The notes: generated by a model from the sequence alone, not told the origin. A DNA stretch of 64,000 nucleotides from Chloroflexota bacterium (GCA_040905185.1 JBBDRZ010000001.1:115254-179253), one strand, 5' to 3'. Counted from the first letter of the stretch, positions 26,757 through 35,759 are shown. Numbers and translations: made by a program.

Positions 26757-26832
26757 TGGCGCGCCGGGCAGGATTCGAACCCGCGGCCTGGTGGTCCGAA
26801 GCCACCCGCTCTATCCACTGAGCTACCGGCGC
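26757..26832 (-). tRNA. tRNA-Arg (anticodon TCG)
   Basis: Manual cloverleaf: acceptor GCGCCGG/CCGGCGC, D arm GCTC..GAGC, anticodon stem GGTGG/CCACC with loop CTTCGGA, T loop TTCGAAT, discriminator G plus encoded CCA. 76 nt. Confidence 0.8.
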
Positions 26833-26942
26833 ACGATTCACGCTCAAATAGAGCGTAAAAGTCGATGGAGGCTTGACTACAGCGCTGGGAGAGCGTAAAA
26901 CCTGACGCGTCTTCGGAAACCCGTCACGAGGCCTCTCCGGCG

Positions 26943-27887
26943 ATGCGATCTGCCTCCACCGCGCCCATCCTAACCCGCGGCGACCTGGCCGCCAACATCA
27001 CGAGCTACGCCCGCCATCTGCGGGCCGCCAACCTGACGCCGGCCACGCAGCGGACCTATCTGGCGTCTCTGGACCGGCTGGCCCGCTTCCTCGAGGAGCG
27101 CGGGATGCCGACCGACGTCGCCGCCATGCGCCGCGAGCACCTGGAGGCCTTCATCGAGGACCAGCTCGCCCGCTGGAAGCCGGCCACCGCCGCCAACCGC
27201 TACAGCGGCATCCGGCCGTTCTTCACCTGGCTCGTCGAGGAGGGCGAGCTGCGCGAGAGTCCGATGATCCACATGCGCAAGCCGCGCCTGCCCGAGCAGG
27301 CACCCCCGATCCCGTCGGACATCGCCGTCGAGCGCCTGCTGGCTACCTGTGAGGGACCCGGCCTCGCCGCCCGCCGCGACGCGGCTATCCTCCGGACGTT
27401 CCTCGCCACCGGGGCGCGTCTATCCGAGGTCGCCGGTCTGCGCTGGACGCCTGACCCGGCAACCAACGACGTCGACCTGGACGCTGGCGTCATCCGCATC
27501 GTTCGCGGCAAGGGCCAGCGCGAGCGGATCAGCTACCTCTCCGCGAAGGCAGTCAAGGCGATCGACCGCTACCTCCGGGTGCGCCGGACCCACGCCCACG
27601 CCGCATTGCCGTGGCTGTGGCTCGGCGAGAAGGGCCGGCTCACCGCTTCGGGCATCGTGCAGATGCTCAAGCGTCGCTCCCGCGATGCGGGCGTCACCGG
27701 GGTCCACCCGCACTCGTTCCGCCACTGGTACGCCAACGAGGCCCTATCGTCCGGGCTCCAGGAAGGCGAGATCATGGCCCTGGCCGGGTGGACGAGCCGG
27801 GAGATGCTGAGCCGCTACGCGAAGGCTGCCGAGCGCGAGCGGGCGGTCGCCGCCGCGCGACGGGTCAACGTCGGGGATCGTCTGTAA
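26943..27887 (+). CDS. tyrosine-type site-specific recombinase/integrase
   Basis: 314 aa. N-terminal SAM-like domain plus catalytic domain with ARLSEVAGLRW, HSFRHWYA and LSRYAKA (R..HxxR..Y). Confidence 0.85.
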   Translation: MRSASTAPILTRGDLAANITSYARHLRAANLTPATQRTYLASLDRLARFLEERGMPTDVAAMRREHLEAFIEDQLARWKPATAANRYSGIRPFFTWLVEEGELRESPMIHMRKPRLPEQAPPIPSDIAVERLLATCEGPGLAARRDAAILRTFLATGARLSEVAGLRWTPDPATNDVDLDAGVIRIVRGKGQRERISYLSAKAVKAIDRYLRVRRTHAHAALPWLWLGEKGRLTASGIVQMLKRRSRDAGVTGVHPHSFRHWYANEALSSGLQEGEIMALAGWTSREMLSRYAKAAERERAVAAARRVNVGDRL

Positions 27888-28002
27888 CTTCGTCGAGCAG
27901 CTCGGGGTGGCGCCCTCCCGGGAGCACGGACGACTCTGGAGCTCCCCAAAACCCCCAGACTCGTCGAGAACGCGAGAGGTCCAGGGGTGTAGTGTGGTTT
28001 CC

Positions 28003-29211
28003 ATGATTCAACTGCGAACGACTCCCCGCCGTTTCACCGGGGCGGTGGCTGGCGTGGCGTTGCTGCTGGCGGCCAGCGGATGCAGTGCCGCATCGCCATC
28101 GGCCATCTCGAGCAATGCGGCGAGTGCCATCCCTCACGAGTCGTCTTCAGCATCATCGACTCCGGTCGAGAGTACGGCGCCCGTGTGGACCACGACCGGG
28201 AACATGATCGAGGCCCCTGTCGCCAACACCGCGACGCTGCTGTCCGATGGCAGTGTGCTGGTGGCGGGCGGCATCACCATCAGGAGCGGCGAAAGGTTCC
28301 CGGCCTCCGCGCAGTTGTACGACCCCAGCAGCCGGTCCTGGAGCGCCACCGGAAACATGATCGAGTTTTCCCGCTCCGATTACACGGCCACGCTGCTGCG
28401 CGATGGCAAGGTGCTCGTGGCGGGCGGCTACCCCAGCCCACTGGCCTCCGCCGAGCTGTACGACCCCAGCACCGGGTCGTGGACCGCCACCGGCAGGCTG
28501 GTAACGGCCCGCGACCTTCATACGGCCACGCTGCTGCCCGATGGCAAGGTGCTCGTGACGGGCGGCATCGATAGCACCGTGTCCGTGGGCCACGCTGTCG
28601 CCGCCGCCGAGCTGTACGACCCAGCCAGCGGGACCTGGATTCCCACCGGGAACATGGTCCAAGCCCGCGTCTACGACACGGCCACGCTGCTGCTCGACGG
28701 CAGGGTGCTGGTGGCGGGCGGCAGCAGCAGTGGCACCCTCGGCGAGGCGCTGGCCTCCGCCGAGTTGTACGACCCGGCCAGTGGGACCTGGACCGCCAGC
28801 GGGAACATGAACGCGGGCCGGAGCGGTCACACGGCCACGCTCCTCCCCGACGGCACGGTGCTGGTGGTGGGCGGCAGCAACGGCAGCGGCCTACTGGCCC
28901 CTGCCGAGCTGTACGACCCAAGCAGCGGGTCCTGGACCGCCACCGGGGCGATGGTCGAGCCCCGCTACGGTCACACGGCCACGCTGCTGGCCAACAGCAA
29001 GGTACTGGTGGTGGGCGGCAGCGCCGGCCAGGACGCGCTGGCCTCCGCCGAGCTGTACGACCCGCTCAGCGGGTCGTGGACCGCCATCGGGAGCATGACC
29101 GCGGGCCGCAGCGGTCACACGGCCACGCTGCTGGCTGATGGCACGGTGCTGGTGGCGGGCGGGAGCACGCGGGTCGCGGCCGAGCTATACAACCCGGGCA
29201 GCGGGACCTGA
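28003..29211 (+). CDS. Kelch-repeat beta-propeller lipoprotein
   Basis: Start at ATG 28003 (MIQLRTTPRRFTGAVAGVALLLAASGC, lipobox-like). At least seven repeats of ELYDPxSGxWTxTGxMxxxRxxHTATLLxDGxVLVxGG. Confidence 0.75.
   Translation: MIQLRTTPRRFTGAVAGVALLLAASGCSAASPSAISSNAASAIPHESSSASSTPVESTAPVWTTTGNMIEAPVANTATLLSDGSVLVAGGITIRSGERFPASAQLYDPSSRSWSATGNMIEFSRSDYTATLLRDGKVLVAGGYPSPLASAELYDPSTGSWTATGRLVTARDLHTATLLPDGKVLVTGGIDSTVSVGHAVAAAELYDPASGTWIPTGNMVQARVYDTATLLLDGRVLVAGGSSSGTLGEALASAELYDPASGTWTASGNMNAGRSGHTATLLPDGTVLVVGGSNGSGLLAPAELYDPSSGSWTATGAMVEPRYGHTATLLANSKVLVVGGSAGQDALASAELYDPLSGSWTAIGSMTAGRSGHTATLLADGTVLVAGGSTRVAAELYNPGSGT
28440..29200 (+). repeat. intragenic tandem repeats of about 147 bp (Kelch blades; gccgagctgtacgaccc... 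recurring)
   Basis: gccgagctgtacgaccc recurs at about 28454, 28607, 28757, 28901, 29048 and 29177. Confidence 0.7.
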
Positions 29212-29380
29212 TATGCGGCTACCAGCCCAGAACTGACCAACTGGAGTCTGTACGGCAAGGTTCGCAATCGGTCTGACATGGGCTGCCGCGAATGACGACG
29301 CGCAGGAGCCTCCCGACAGCGGAAAACCCGACAGGTTTCGCTCGGCACCCCACGCTCGAGGCACAGCGCTCGGGGGTTTC

Positions 29381-29421
29381 TGGTCCGAAGCCACCCGCTC
29401 TATCCACTGAGCTACCGGCGC
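29381..29421 (-). repeat. partial tRNA-Arg copy (positions 1-41), putative att site
   Basis: Exact 41-bp match to 26792-26832. No T arm or acceptor 3' strand follows. Confidence 0.75.
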
Positions 29422-29446
29422 CGGGGCCGATTGTACCGGCGCCCGC

Positions 29447-29875
29447 TCACCACAGGGCCAGGCCGAACTCCTCGTCTAAGGTCCGAACCAGGTCCACGCC
29501 GAGCAGCTCGCGGATCTCGAACTCGGCCACGAAGACCTCGATCCCCCGCAGCAGGTGCCCGCCCACGCACGCCCCGTGCTCATCGGCGAAGGTGGCGTGC
29601 GCGTGGAGGAATGGCTTCCCATCGCGCAGGCTGACATTGCCGATAAAGCCCACGATCTCGTGGTGGGTGTCGGAGGACAGCTCGAGATACCTCAGGTCAC
29701 GTTGGTGGTAGTACGCGTATGCCGCCTTCCGAACCGCGCCGATGACGCTGACCCAGGCTGCCGACACGCCCCGCTCATCGCAGATGCGCTCGATCTCGGC
29801 GACGAGGTCGCTCCCCTTCTCCAATCGACCGATGAACGTCCGGCCCGCGGAGGCCTCCCAGGTGCGCTCGGTCAT
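29447..29875 (-). CDS. PPC (DUF296) domain-containing protein
   Basis: 142 aa. RTFIGRLEKGSDLVAEI...VIGAVRKAAYAYY...GFIGNVSLRDGKPFLHAHATFADEHGACVGGHLLRGIEVF matches the PPC/DUF296 pattern. Confidence 0.7.
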   Translation of the reverse strand: MTERTWEASAGRTFIGRLEKGSDLVAEIERICDERGVSAAWVSVIGAVRKAAYAYYHQRDLRYLELSSDTHHEIVGFIGNVSLRDGKPFLHAHATFADEHGACVGGHLLRGIEVFVAEFEIRELLGVDLVRTLDEEFGLALW

Positions 29876-29886
29876 CGGTCTGTCTC

Positions 29887-32421
29887 CTACTCGAAGTGCT
29901 TCAGGCTGGCCAGGACAGGCCGATTGCCGGCCAGCCGCGCCGGGTACAGCCCGGCCAGGCAGGCGACGCCCAATCCGAGCAGGACCACCGCGATCACCAG
30001 CGGCCAGGGGATGAGCAGCCCGGCGGCGAAATCCCGGGGAGCGAGGGTGACGAGCACGCCGGTGACGGCGACCCCGCCGACGGCGGCCACGATGCCGCCC
30101 ACCGTGCCCATGATCGCAGCCTCGGTCACGACCATGCCTTCGACCTGGCCAACGGTCATGCCGTGGGCCCGAAGCACGGCAATCTCGCGCGTCCGCTCGG
30201 CCACGCCCAGGCTCAGCGTGTTGACGATCCCTAACCCGCCGATGACGACGGCCAGCAGGGCCAGGGCGTCGAACAGCCCGAGCAGGCGATCCAATGACCG
30301 CGCCAGCTGCTCGGCCAGCACACCGGCCGTCAGCGCTTCACCGGCCAGTTGGGCAGCCTTTTCGGCCACCAACACCCCATAGGCTGCCTCCCCGATCGCG
30401 GGCTGGGGAACCATGGCCCACATGGTCGCCGTCTCGGCGCCGAACGTGGCCCGCGCATCTGCCAGGCTGATCAGCAACGCTCCCTCGCCGGATCGACCGG
30501 GGAGCGAGTAGGCGACCAGCCCGGCCACCGTCAGATCGGTGGCGGGGCCACCCGGGATGGCGAGGTGGATCAGATCGCCGGTGCGGAACCCCGTCTGGGT
30601 GGCGAATGACTCGGGGAGAAGAACCGCCCCGCCGCCGCGGAGGGCCTCGAACGCCGCGGCCCGGTCCGCCTCAACCACGATCAGGGCACCGGCGTCCTGC
30701 CAGACCGAAGGATCAATACCCGCGACGCCTGCCTCGCGATCACCCTCCGGAGTGGTGACCACTACGCCAAACTCGGGGACCGGGCTGGCCGAGAGCGTCC
30801 CAGGAGTGGCCTCGATCGTGTCCTGCAGGACGTCGATGGACGACGGAATGGTGAGCCGGATGGCGTGTCCCCCGGGGAGAATGGACTGGACCCAGCGCTC
30901 CGCCGTGCCCCGGGCCGAGGCGGCCGTCGTGCCCAAGGTGACCACCGCCGCCAGGGCCACCGTCAGGGCCGCCACGCTGAGCCCGGTCCGCGCCCGATGC
31001 CGGCCCAGGTTGGCGCGCCCCAGCAGCCCCTGGGCGCCGAACAGGCGCTCGAACGGCGCTCCGACCAGCCTCCCCAGCGGTTCCAGCATGAACGCGGTCG
31101 CGACCGCTCCGCCGATGAGCACCCCGACGGCCAGCAGGGTGGCCACGAGCGGTGGCGCGCCGCGTTCGAGTGGATAGAGGAGGAAACCGGCAGCCACCAC
31201 GGCCAGCTCGGCGGCGACGATCCAGCGCAGCCTGATCCAGAGGCTGCGCCCTGGTCGGTGCGTGGGACGAAGGGCCTCCAGAGGGCTGACCCGCGCGGCC
31301 TCCGCGGCCGGGACCCATGCCGCGAGCAGGGTGACGCCGAGCCCTAACCCGAACGAGAACGCGAGCACAGCCGGGCTCAGGGTCAGGTCCACCACCAACG
31401 CCGTTCGCGGGCCGGCAACGATGTTGACCAGGATCGCTCCAATGCCGATCCCGATCGGCAGCCCCAGCGCGGAACCCAGCAGCCCCAGCGCCAGCCCCTG
31501 GCGGATGACGAGGCCGCGCACCTGGCGGCCGGTGGTTCCTGCGGCTCGCAGCAGGCCGATCTCGCGGGTTCGCTCCGACAGGGTCATGGCCAAGGTGTTG
31601 GCGACCAGGAAGGCCCCGGCACTGAGCGCCACCAAACCGAGCAGGAAGGCGATGCCCGCGAACCCGGCTTGTGCGCGTGCGAAGGCGGCCTCCGCGTCGG
31701 CGACCGTCTCGACCACGAACGGCTCGGTCAGGTTCCGATCCAGGCCCGCTTCGACCTCGGCCATGCGGCCCTCGGCGACAGCCACGTCCACCGCCGTGAT
31801 GGGCGATGGGACCTCGAAGGCGGCATTCAGCGTGTCTCGGGCCACGAGCAGTACCGATCCCCCGGCCTGCGCCCCAAAGCCGCTGTTGGCCAGCAGGCCG
31901 ACGATGGTGAGGGGCGGGGTGTCGAGCCGCGCGCCGGTCAGCAGCAGCTCGTCGCCCAGGTCGAGGCGGTGATCGGCGGCCCACTGGGCGGCCACCAGGG
32001 CGCCGTTCGGGCGGTCGGCGTCCAGTGGCACGCCAGCCGTGAGGCTGGGACGGCCGAGGGCCGCCTCGGCCAACGGGTCGACGCCCACCGCGGAGAGCGT
32101 GAAGACCTGCTCATCGGGGCCCGGCTGGGTGGACAGGGTCAGGCGACGCTCGGCCAGCGGAGCGCTGATGGCGACCCCTGGGATCACTCGTATCGCCGCC
32201 ACGGATTCGGCGCGCAGTCCGTCGTGGTCGAAGGCTCGGATCCGCAGGTCCGCCTCGCCGTATAGATCCCGAGCGGCCTCGGCCACCGCCCGGGTGGCCG
32301 CATCGGCCGTCAGGAGGGTGCCGGCCACGAGCGCCACCCCGAGCGCGACGCCCATGCCGGTGAGCGCGGTTCGCGCCGGTCGGGCGGTCAGGCTCCTCCA
32401 GGCGATGGCGGACAGGCGCAT
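29887..32421 (-). CDS. MacB/FtsX-like ABC transporter permease (two FtsX domains)
   Basis: 844 aa. Two repeats of large extracytoplasmic domain plus 4-TM FtsX module. Adjacent to a MacB-like ATPase. Confidence 0.8.
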   Translation of the reverse strand: MRLSAIAWRSLTARPARTALTGMGVALGVALVAGTLLTADAATRAVAEAARDLYGEADLRIRAFDHDGLRAESVAAIRVIPGVAISAPLAERRLTLSTQPGPDEQVFTLSAVGVDPLAEAALGRPSLTAGVPLDADRPNGALVAAQWAADHRLDLGDELLLTGARLDTPPLTIVGLLANSGFGAQAGGSVLLVARDTLNAAFEVPSPITAVDVAVAEGRMAEVEAGLDRNLTEPFVVETVADAEAAFARAQAGFAGIAFLLGLVALSAGAFLVANTLAMTLSERTREIGLLRAAGTTGRQVRGLVIRQGLALGLLGSALGLPIGIGIGAILVNIVAGPRTALVVDLTLSPAVLAFSFGLGLGVTLLAAWVPAAEAARVSPLEALRPTHRPGRSLWIRLRWIVAAELAVVAAGFLLYPLERGAPPLVATLLAVGVLIGGAVATAFMLEPLGRLVGAPFERLFGAQGLLGRANLGRHRARTGLSVAALTVALAAVVTLGTTAASARGTAERWVQSILPGGHAIRLTIPSSIDVLQDTIEATPGTLSASPVPEFGVVVTTPEGDREAGVAGIDPSVWQDAGALIVVEADRAAAFEALRGGGAVLLPESFATQTGFRTGDLIHLAIPGGPATDLTVAGLVAYSLPGRSGEGALLISLADARATFGAETATMWAMVPQPAIGEAAYGVLVAEKAAQLAGEALTAGVLAEQLARSLDRLLGLFDALALLAVVIGGLGIVNTLSLGVAERTREIAVLRAHGMTVGQVEGMVVTEAAIMGTVGGIVAAVGGVAVTGVLVTLAPRDFAAGLLIPWPLVIAVVLLGLGVACLAGLYPARLAGNRPVLASLKHFE

Positions 32422-32443
32422 GCGCTCGGCGGCTCGGATCGGC

Positions 32444-33190
32444 TCAGAGGCCGAGCAGGGCCAGGCGGGTCAGGAGCTCACCCGGGTCGTGGTCGGGCCG
32501 GCGCCCCAGCTCGATCTGGTCCAGGATCTGCCCGTCGCGCACCACCAGCACGCGGTCCGCATACGCCGCCGCGCGAGCTTCGTGGGTCACCAGCACGATG
32601 GTCTGGCCCAGTTGCACGCAGGAGCGCCACAGCAGATCGAGGATCTCGCCGCCGCTCGTGTAATCCAGGTTGCCGGTGGGTTCGTCCGCCAGCAGGAGGG
32701 CCGGCTCGGTGGCCAGCGCGCGGGCCAGGGCCACCCGTTGCTGCTCCCCGGCCGATAGCTGATCGGGCGCGTGATCGGCCTTGCCTTCCAGGCCGACCAT
32801 GGCCAGCAGGTCATCCACGCGCTGGCGGCGCTCATGCACCGACTCTCCGCGGATCAGGAACGGGAGGGCCACGTTTTCGCGCACCGTCAGCAGCGGGATG
32901 AGGTTGAAGAACTGAAACACGAAACCGGTCTTGTCGCGCCGGGTCAGCGTCGCCTGCTCATCGTCGAGGGTGCTGATGTTCACGCCGTCAATGACGACCT
33001 GGCCCGCGGTGGGCTTGTCGAGGCCGCCGAGCAGGTGGAGGAGGGTGGACTTGCCCGATCCGGAGGCTCCCATGATGGCCACGAACTCTCCGCGCTCCAC
33101 CGCCAGGCTGACCCCGCGCAGGGCGTCGACCTGGCCATCCCCGACCGGGTAGCGCTTGACGAGGTCTTGGGCCTCCAGGATGACCGTCAT
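32444..33190 (-). CDS. ABC transporter ATP-binding protein (MacB/LolD-like)
   Basis: Walker A GASGSGKST, signature LSAGEQQRVALARAL, Walker B LLLADEPT. Confidence 0.85.
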   Translation of the reverse strand: MTVILEAQDLVKRYPVGDGQVDALRGVSLAVERGEFVAIMGASGSGKSTLLHLLGGLDKPTAGQVVIDGVNISTLDDEQATLTRRDKTGFVFQFFNLIPLLTVRENVALPFLIRGESVHERRQRVDDLLAMVGLEGKADHAPDQLSAGEQQRVALARALATEPALLLADEPTGNLDYTSGGEILDLLWRSCVQLGQTIVLVTHEARAAAYADRVLVVRDGQILDQIELGRRPDHDPGELLTRLALLGL

Positions 33191-33231
33191 CGGGCGAAAG
33201 GATACGGGGCCGGGGCGAGCCGGGGAGCGGG

Positions 33232-34155
33232 TCAGCCGAAGACGAACCCGATCAAGGCTCCCAGGAGTGTCTCGAATACGCCCTGGTCGGCGGGACCAGC
33301 AGCCTCGACCCGCAGACTGGCGACGGCCGGCGGCAGGATCGGCGCGCCGCGCGTGTCGAGGCCGGCCAAGGCCCGCTTCGGGACATTCGGCGCCCCCACG
33401 TGAACCAGGCTGCCGCTTCCGTCGAGGGGTTCAGCCGAAGTAGGGCGCACGGGGGCCGGCACGATGAGGGGAGGGAGCGTTGGCGCCGGGGCCGGCTGGT
33501 AGGCAACGCCGCCACCGCCACCGCCACCGCCACCGCCACCGCCCCCACCGCCCCCACCCCCTCCCCCACTGGGCGGCGGTGGAGGAGCCGAGCCCGCGGC
33601 AGCCATGAAGAGCTCGGTGTACACCCGCGGGCTGCGGAGCGATCCGAGGAACTGGACGTTGTCGGCAGCCCAGGCTCCGACTCCACCATGGGTCCAACTG
33701 GTACCCAGGATGTTGGCGCGGTGGCCAGGAGAGTTCATGAAGCCGTTGTGCGCGGCCACCGGGGAGTCGGCGTCCGAGTAGCCGTTGTTCCAGGCGATGT
33801 TCTCGCCGCCCAGGGTGTAGCTCAGCCCGTTCTGGTCATACCAGTGGTAGACCTGGTAGCCGGTGCCCAGGATGGTGTGGCTGAAATAGTTGCGCTCGAT
33901 CATGTCCTGGCTTCGCCAACGAGCAATTGATACCAGGGTGCCGTGCTGGACCAGCACGTTGAGCCCGTTGTTGGCGCGAGCGCCGTTCAGCAGCTGCCAC
34001 AGGGTCGCCTCCGCGCTCGCCTGGTCCCAGGCACTGGCTGTCGCCGGACCCGACCAGACCAGGAGCGCAGCGGCCATCAGGGCCGTGCCCGCAAGCCCTG
34101 TAGCGCGGAGGAGGACGTTCGGTTGACGCCGAATCGAGACAGGCGCTGAGCGCAT
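33232..34155 (-). CDS. secreted CAP (SCP/PR-1, YkwD-like) domain protein with poly-glycine tract and Pro-rich C-terminus
   Basis: Signal peptide. CAP motifs NYFSHT, GENIAW, MNSPGHRANIL. A run of 22 Gly follows. Confidence 0.7.
   Translation of the reverse strand: MRSAPVSIRRQPNVLLRATGLAGTALMAAALLVWSGPATASAWDQASAEATLWQLLNGARANNGLNVLVQHGTLVSIARWRSQDMIERNYFSHTILGTGYQVYHWYDQNGLSYTLGGENIAWNNGYSDADSPVAAHNGFMNSPGHRANILGTSWTHGGVGAWAADNVQFLGSLRSPRVYTELFMAAAGSAPPPPPSGGGGGGGGGGGGGGGGGGGGVAYQPAPAPTLPPLIVPAPVRPTSAEPLDGSGSLVHVGAPNVPKRALAGLDTRGAPILPPAVASLRVEAAGPADQGVFETLLGALIGFVFG
33509..33570. repeat. GGN/GCCACC trinucleotide simple-sequence repeat encoding poly-Gly
   Basis: Plus strand (gccacc)n then gcccccacc units at 33509-33570. 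Confidence 0.7.
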
Positions 34156-34311
34156 GCGATAGCACCCCTGGATCGGTCCGCCTTCGTGACGGACGTACCA
34201 GAAGGCTACGGTGGCCCAGGGCCACGGTCAGTAGCGCGGTCGTCCCGGCTCGGGCCGGGACCATCAGGTCTCTAGGCCCTGACTGTCGCCGGGCCGTGGT
34301 CGGGGAGTGCG

Positions 34312-34677
34312 TCAGGTGGGGCGCACGACCACGGTTCCGGCGATCTTGTCGTGCCAACCCTGCTTGCGGCGGTCGAACGCGATCCAGATCACGCCCAGGA
34401 ACAGGATCACGATGCTGATGATCAGCCCGACGTAGCGGAGCAGCGAGCGGACGATGTCGACCTTGCCGCCATCGGCAGCCAGCACGATCCGCATGTTGAA
34501 CGGAATCATCCCCGGGCTCTGGCCACGCCAGGTCCAGAAGCCGACGAAATAGACGAGGTCGATGAGGAGGCCGATGGCGTTGGTGGTGTAGTTGAAGACA
34601 AACCCGTCGTTGTCGAAGGTCACAGCGCTGCCGCCTCCGATGAGCGGGGCAACCGCGGCGGTGAGCACCCCGAGCAC
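34312..34677 (-). CDS. RDD family membrane protein
   Basis: 121 aa, GTG start. DRRKQGWHDKIAGTVVV RDD motif. Two TM helices. Confidence 0.6.
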   Translation of the reverse strand: MLGVLTAAVAPLIGGGSAVTFDNDGFVFNYTTNAIGLLIDLVYFVGFWTWRGQSPGMIPFNMRIVLAADGGKVDIVRSLLRYVGLIISIVILFLGVIWIAFDRRKQGWHDKIAGTVVVRPT

Positions 34678-34694
34678 GATGGCGTCCAGGATGA

Positions 34695-34980
34695 AGGCAA
34701 CGAGGCGGACCCAGAAGCCGGCGTATCGGAGGCCCTGGGCGGGCCGCCAGGAATGTCTCCCGCGCCTTCGCTGAGGTACTCCAGCGGGCCGGGCTACCGA
34801 GGATCAGGTTTCACGATCTCCGACACTCGGCGGCGACGCTCATGCTGGCTCAGGGGGTCGATCCACGGACAATCATGGAGACGTTGGGGCACTCGCAGAT
34901 CGGTACAACGCTGAACATCTACGCCCACGTTCTGCCCGCGATGCAGCGGGACGCGGCGGATCGGATCGGGCCGCCCTGTT
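34695..34980 (+). pseudogene. 3' remnant of a tyrosine integrase gene (catalytic box II only)
   Basis: Frame translation gives ...AFAEVLQRAGLPRIRFHDLRHSAATLMLAQGVDPRTIMETLGHSQIGTTLNIYAHVLPAMQRDAADRIG with the HxLRH and catalytic Tyr boxes. No N-terminal or core domain upstream (a stop sits at 34692, and the minus-strand RDD gene lies beyond it). Confidence 0.55.
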
Positions 34981-35000
34981 CGGGGGTTAGGACGGGGCTA

Positions 35001-35582
35001 TCAGTAGCGGAGCAGCGTCATCACCGCACCGACGCGGTTGAACATGAGCAGCCCGATCGGCAAGGTGATGATGATCACGCACAGTAACCACGCGACGCCG
35101 AGGTAAATGGCTCCCACCCACCAGCCGACGAAGACGAACCAAAGGGCACGTGCCCACAGTGGGTACTGCTCGACGGTCCCGCCGGTGACGTACGTGACCC
35201 CGTCCCGGATCTCAATCGTGTGCGAGTCCGTCCGCGGCCTCAGGGTGAGAATTACGGGCAGTCGGTTGAAGATCATGAAACCAAGCGGCAGGCCGATGAT
35301 GATGACGCACAGAAAGTACGCAGCGACGATCGCGAGTCCGCTTAGCCACCAGCCGACAAAGATGAACCAAATCGTGCGCACAAAGAACCCCGGACCGGTG
35401 GACCGCTGAATGATGACAACGTTTTGGCTGACATTGACGGTCGGTGGAGCGGTCGGACTGACCGGTGGCGCAGGCGATGGTGAGGTCGGAACGGTGAGCG
35501 GGTCCGGCATCGCTCCGGGCAGCGTCACGTCGGGCGGCTGGATTCCACCCTGGTCCTCCGGGACCCTAGGTTGGTCGGACAT
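35001..35582 (-). CDS. YccF-like (DUF307) inner membrane protein, duplicated domain
   Basis: Two copies of FIFVGWWLSGLAIVAAYFLCVIIIGLPLGFMIFNRLP-like modules. Pro-rich N-terminus. Start proposed at ATG 35582. Confidence 0.6.
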   Translation of the reverse strand: MSDQPRVPEDQGGIQPPDVTLPGAMPDPLTVPTSPSPAPPVSPTAPPTVNVSQNVVIIQRSTGPGFFVRTIWFIFVGWWLSGLAIVAAYFLCVIIIGLPLGFMIFNRLPVILTLRPRTDSHTIEIRDGVTYVTGGTVEQYPLWARALWFVFVGWWVGAIYLGVAWLLCVIIITLPIGLLMFNRVGAVMTLLRY

Positions 35583-35759
35583 GGCACCTGCCCTCCCCAC
35601 CACCAAGCGCAGGCGCCGACCCATTCAGGGCCGGCCCGCGCAGGCTCGAGTTTAGCCACTCCACCGCCCGCAAATCCCTGTGGCTGTCAATTTGGCTGTC
35701 AACCGACCGAATGTTCCCGGCGTGGGCACCTACCGCGAGCAATTTCGTGCTCAAAATGG

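Larger units (their letters stand above)
26833..29421 (+). mobile_element. small integrated element (tyrosine integrase plus Kelch lipoprotein) bounded by a 41-bp direct repeat of the tRNA-Arg 5' half
   Basis: 26792-26832 and 29381-29421 are identical (tggtccgaagccacccgctctatccactgagctaccggcgc). Integrase sits next to the intact tRNA, separated by two agagcgtaaaa direct repeats. Confidence 0.65.

Noticed and set aside
26741-26818. N-terminal 26 aa (MDRAGGFGPPGRGFES...) of track ORF 26264..26818
   Set aside because: This part is the antisense of nothing: it is the tRNA-Arg T arm and acceptor read as codons. The ORF was trimmed to the ATG at 26740.
29422-29446. Possibility that the second tRNA-Arg copy is a full pseudo-tRNA
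   Set aside because: Sequence after the 41-bp match (ccggggccgattgtacc...) has no T arm or acceptor 3' strand, and the PPC gene ends 26 bp after the match (stop at 29447), leaving no room for a tRNA 3' half. It is a partial att-type duplicate only.
34351-34914. 187-aa plus-strand ORF across the RDD gene
   Set aside because: Antisense of the RDD gene for most of its length. Only its 3' portion, in a different frame, carries the integrase remnant.
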